Origin: an uncultured Chloroflexia bacterium
GTDB lineage: Bacteria; Chloroflexota; Anaerolineae; CG2-30-64-16
Reading direction: 5' to 3'
DNA length: 64,000 nucleotides
NCBI GenBank assembly: GCA_963774265.1
Contig: CAVZDU010000005.1
Coordinates: forward strand, 384,001 to 448,000
Of this stretch, positions 62,678-64,000 are shown piece after piece. The notes under the pieces were generated by a model that was not told the origin of the DNA, did no database searches, and was given only the letters and a program-made list of their open reading frames with translations. The position numbers and the translations under genes were made by a program. Each line of letters starts with the position of its first letter. Within the stretch, counting starts at the first letter, position 1.

Positions 62678-63373
62678 TCACACCACCGCGCCGAAAAGGG
62701 CGCCGACCGCATATGTGATGGCCATGGCGAGCGCGCCCCAGAATGTGACGCGCAGGACACCCCTGGCCTTCCCCGCGCCGCCGATACGCGCGGACACCCA
62801 TCCCAGGAGCGCGAGGGAGACGAGCGAGGTGATCAGGACAAAGGCCACCAGGCCCAGGCCCTTGGCGGGAACCAGCACTGCCACCAGCAGCGGGACTGCA
62901 GCTCCGACGGCAAACGAGCCCGCGGAAGACAGGGCGGCCTGCACCGGCCGTGCGCGCTGCATCTCCGTGATGCCCAACTCATCACGCAGGTGCGCGCCGA
63001 GGGCATCGTGGGCCATGAGCTGCTCCGAGACCTGCCGCGCAAGCCCCGGTTCGAGCCCGCGGGCTTCGTAGATCCCCGCCAACTCCGCCTTCTCCGAATC
63101 GATCTGGGTGGCCAGCTCATGGCGCTCGCGTGCCAGGTCGGCCGCTTCGGTGTCGGCTTGCGAGCTGACCGAGATGTACTCGCCGGCGGCCATGGACATG
63201 GCCCCTGCAACCAGGCCCGCCATGCCCGCGACGGCCACGCTGCTACCCGGGGCGCCCGCGGCGGCCACGCCGAGGATGAGGCTGGCGGTCGACACAATGC
63301 CGTCGTTGGCGCCCAGGACCGCGGCGCGCAACCAGCCGATACGATCGAAACGATGCATTTCACGATGGGGCAT
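62678..63373 (-). CDS. VIT1/CCC1 family transporter
   Basis: WLRAAVLGANDGIVS, SMAAGEYISVSSQ. Confidence 0.93.
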   Translation of the reverse strand: MPHREMHRFDRIGWLRAAVLGANDGIVSTASLILGVAAAGAPGSSVAVAGMAGLVAGAMSMAAGEYISVSSQADTEAADLARERHELATQIDSEKAELAGIYEARGLEPGLARQVSEQLMAHDALGAHLRDELGITEMQRARPVQAALSSAGSFAVGAAVPLLVAVLVPAKGLGLVAFVLITSLVSLALLGWVSARIGGAGKARGVLRVTFWGALAMAITYAVGALFGAVV

Positions 63374-63554
63374 GATTAGATCCCTTTCCGCATGTGAGGA
63401 GTCAGTGAGGGTTGCTGATCCGGAAAATCGTCTGCAACCATGTTCAGTAGCTTACTACCAGGTGTAGCCGCGCACAAGTTTCAGAATCCGCGTAGGGTGA
63501 CCTATAATCCCCGCGCAGGAACGCGCCAACTCATCTGGAGACGGACGATCGCTG

Positions 63555-64000
63555 ATGAATTCCTACGAACGCTATGAGGCCCGGCTGCGCGGCGAGCCGG
63601 TGGACCGCGCCCCCAACTTCGATATCATGATGCAGTACGCGGCACACCACATCGGACAGCCGCTCTCCCGTTACTATCTCGACCATCGCGTCCTCGTTGC
63701 GGCGAACGTGGCGGTGGCAGAGGATTTCCACCTGGACATCCTCCAGGCCATCTCAGATCCCTATCGCGAGGCCGCGGACCACGGGCTGGAGGTCGAGTTC
63801 CCCCAGGATGGCCTGCCGCTGAGCAAGGCGCCTCTGCTGACCGGCCCGGACGATCTGGCGCAGCTGCGGCCGGTCGCGCCCGAGGCGGGCCGGCGGATGA
63901 ACGATCGACTGGAGGCGATCAGCAGCTTCCGCGGGCAGGCTGGCGGCCAGACGCCGATCATGGGCTGGGTGGAAGGCGCCCTGGCCGAGGCGGCCGACCT
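63555..64000 (+). CDS. Uroporphyrinogen decarboxylase/MtaA-CmuA family protein (3' truncated by window)
   Basis: MNSYER..GEPVDRAP..ISDPYREAAD..MGWVEG; GGAG RBS; open to the window end. Confidence 0.8.
   Translation, partial: MNSYERYEARLRGEPVDRAPNFDIMMQYAAHHIGQPLSRYYLDHRVLVAANVAVAEDFHLDILQAISDPYREAADHGLEVEFPQDGLPLSKAPLLTGPDDLAQLRPVAPEAGRRMNDRLEAISSFRGQAGGQTPIMGWVEGALAEAAD

Noticed and set aside
60952-62718. Long antisense ORFs (e.g. 588 aa opposite maeB, 385 aa opposite E1 beta, 426 aa at 2802-4082)
   Set aside because: Shadow ORFs expected from high GC3; no motifs

Overview
GC-rich bacterial chromosomal window with no rRNA, tRNA or CRISPR array seen. It is probably Chloroflexota/Anaerolineae-like (inference from Pro/Thr-stalk lipoproteins, a VVEK-repeat sugar-binding protein and C-terminal Y-x-P-x-I-x-(R/K) tails). 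Several genes carry single-base frameshifts that look like long-read consensus errors. Contents in order: large surface/secreted proteins; 2-oxoacid dehydrogenase E1 alpha/beta; an ABC exporter; an ECF sigma; an IS nested inside another IS (both with terminal inverted repeats and target duplications); a defence-like block (type IIG-like N6-adenine MTase ending in a HEPN-like RxxxxH domain, a Phd-VapC toxin-antitoxin pair, a PLD-SNF2 helicase); aldehyde:ferredoxin oxidoreductase + MoaD; an M28 peptidase split by an in-frame UGA with a SECIS-like hairpin (candidate selenoprotein); a LacI/sugar-ABC/GH42 operon; an ECF42-type sigma/BNR/MoaD/YciI operon; galT, an internally deleted galE, galK; a divergent cluster of three EAD1-like-domain proteins (a trypsin protease and two single-pass receptor-like proteins) plus a secreted SH3/PAN protein; maeB; a VIT1-family transporter. 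The best novelty candidates are the EAD receptor-protease cluster, the UGA-readthrough M28 peptidase and the MTase-HEPN/TA/PLD-SNF2 locus. All family calls come from motif recognition; no database search was run.
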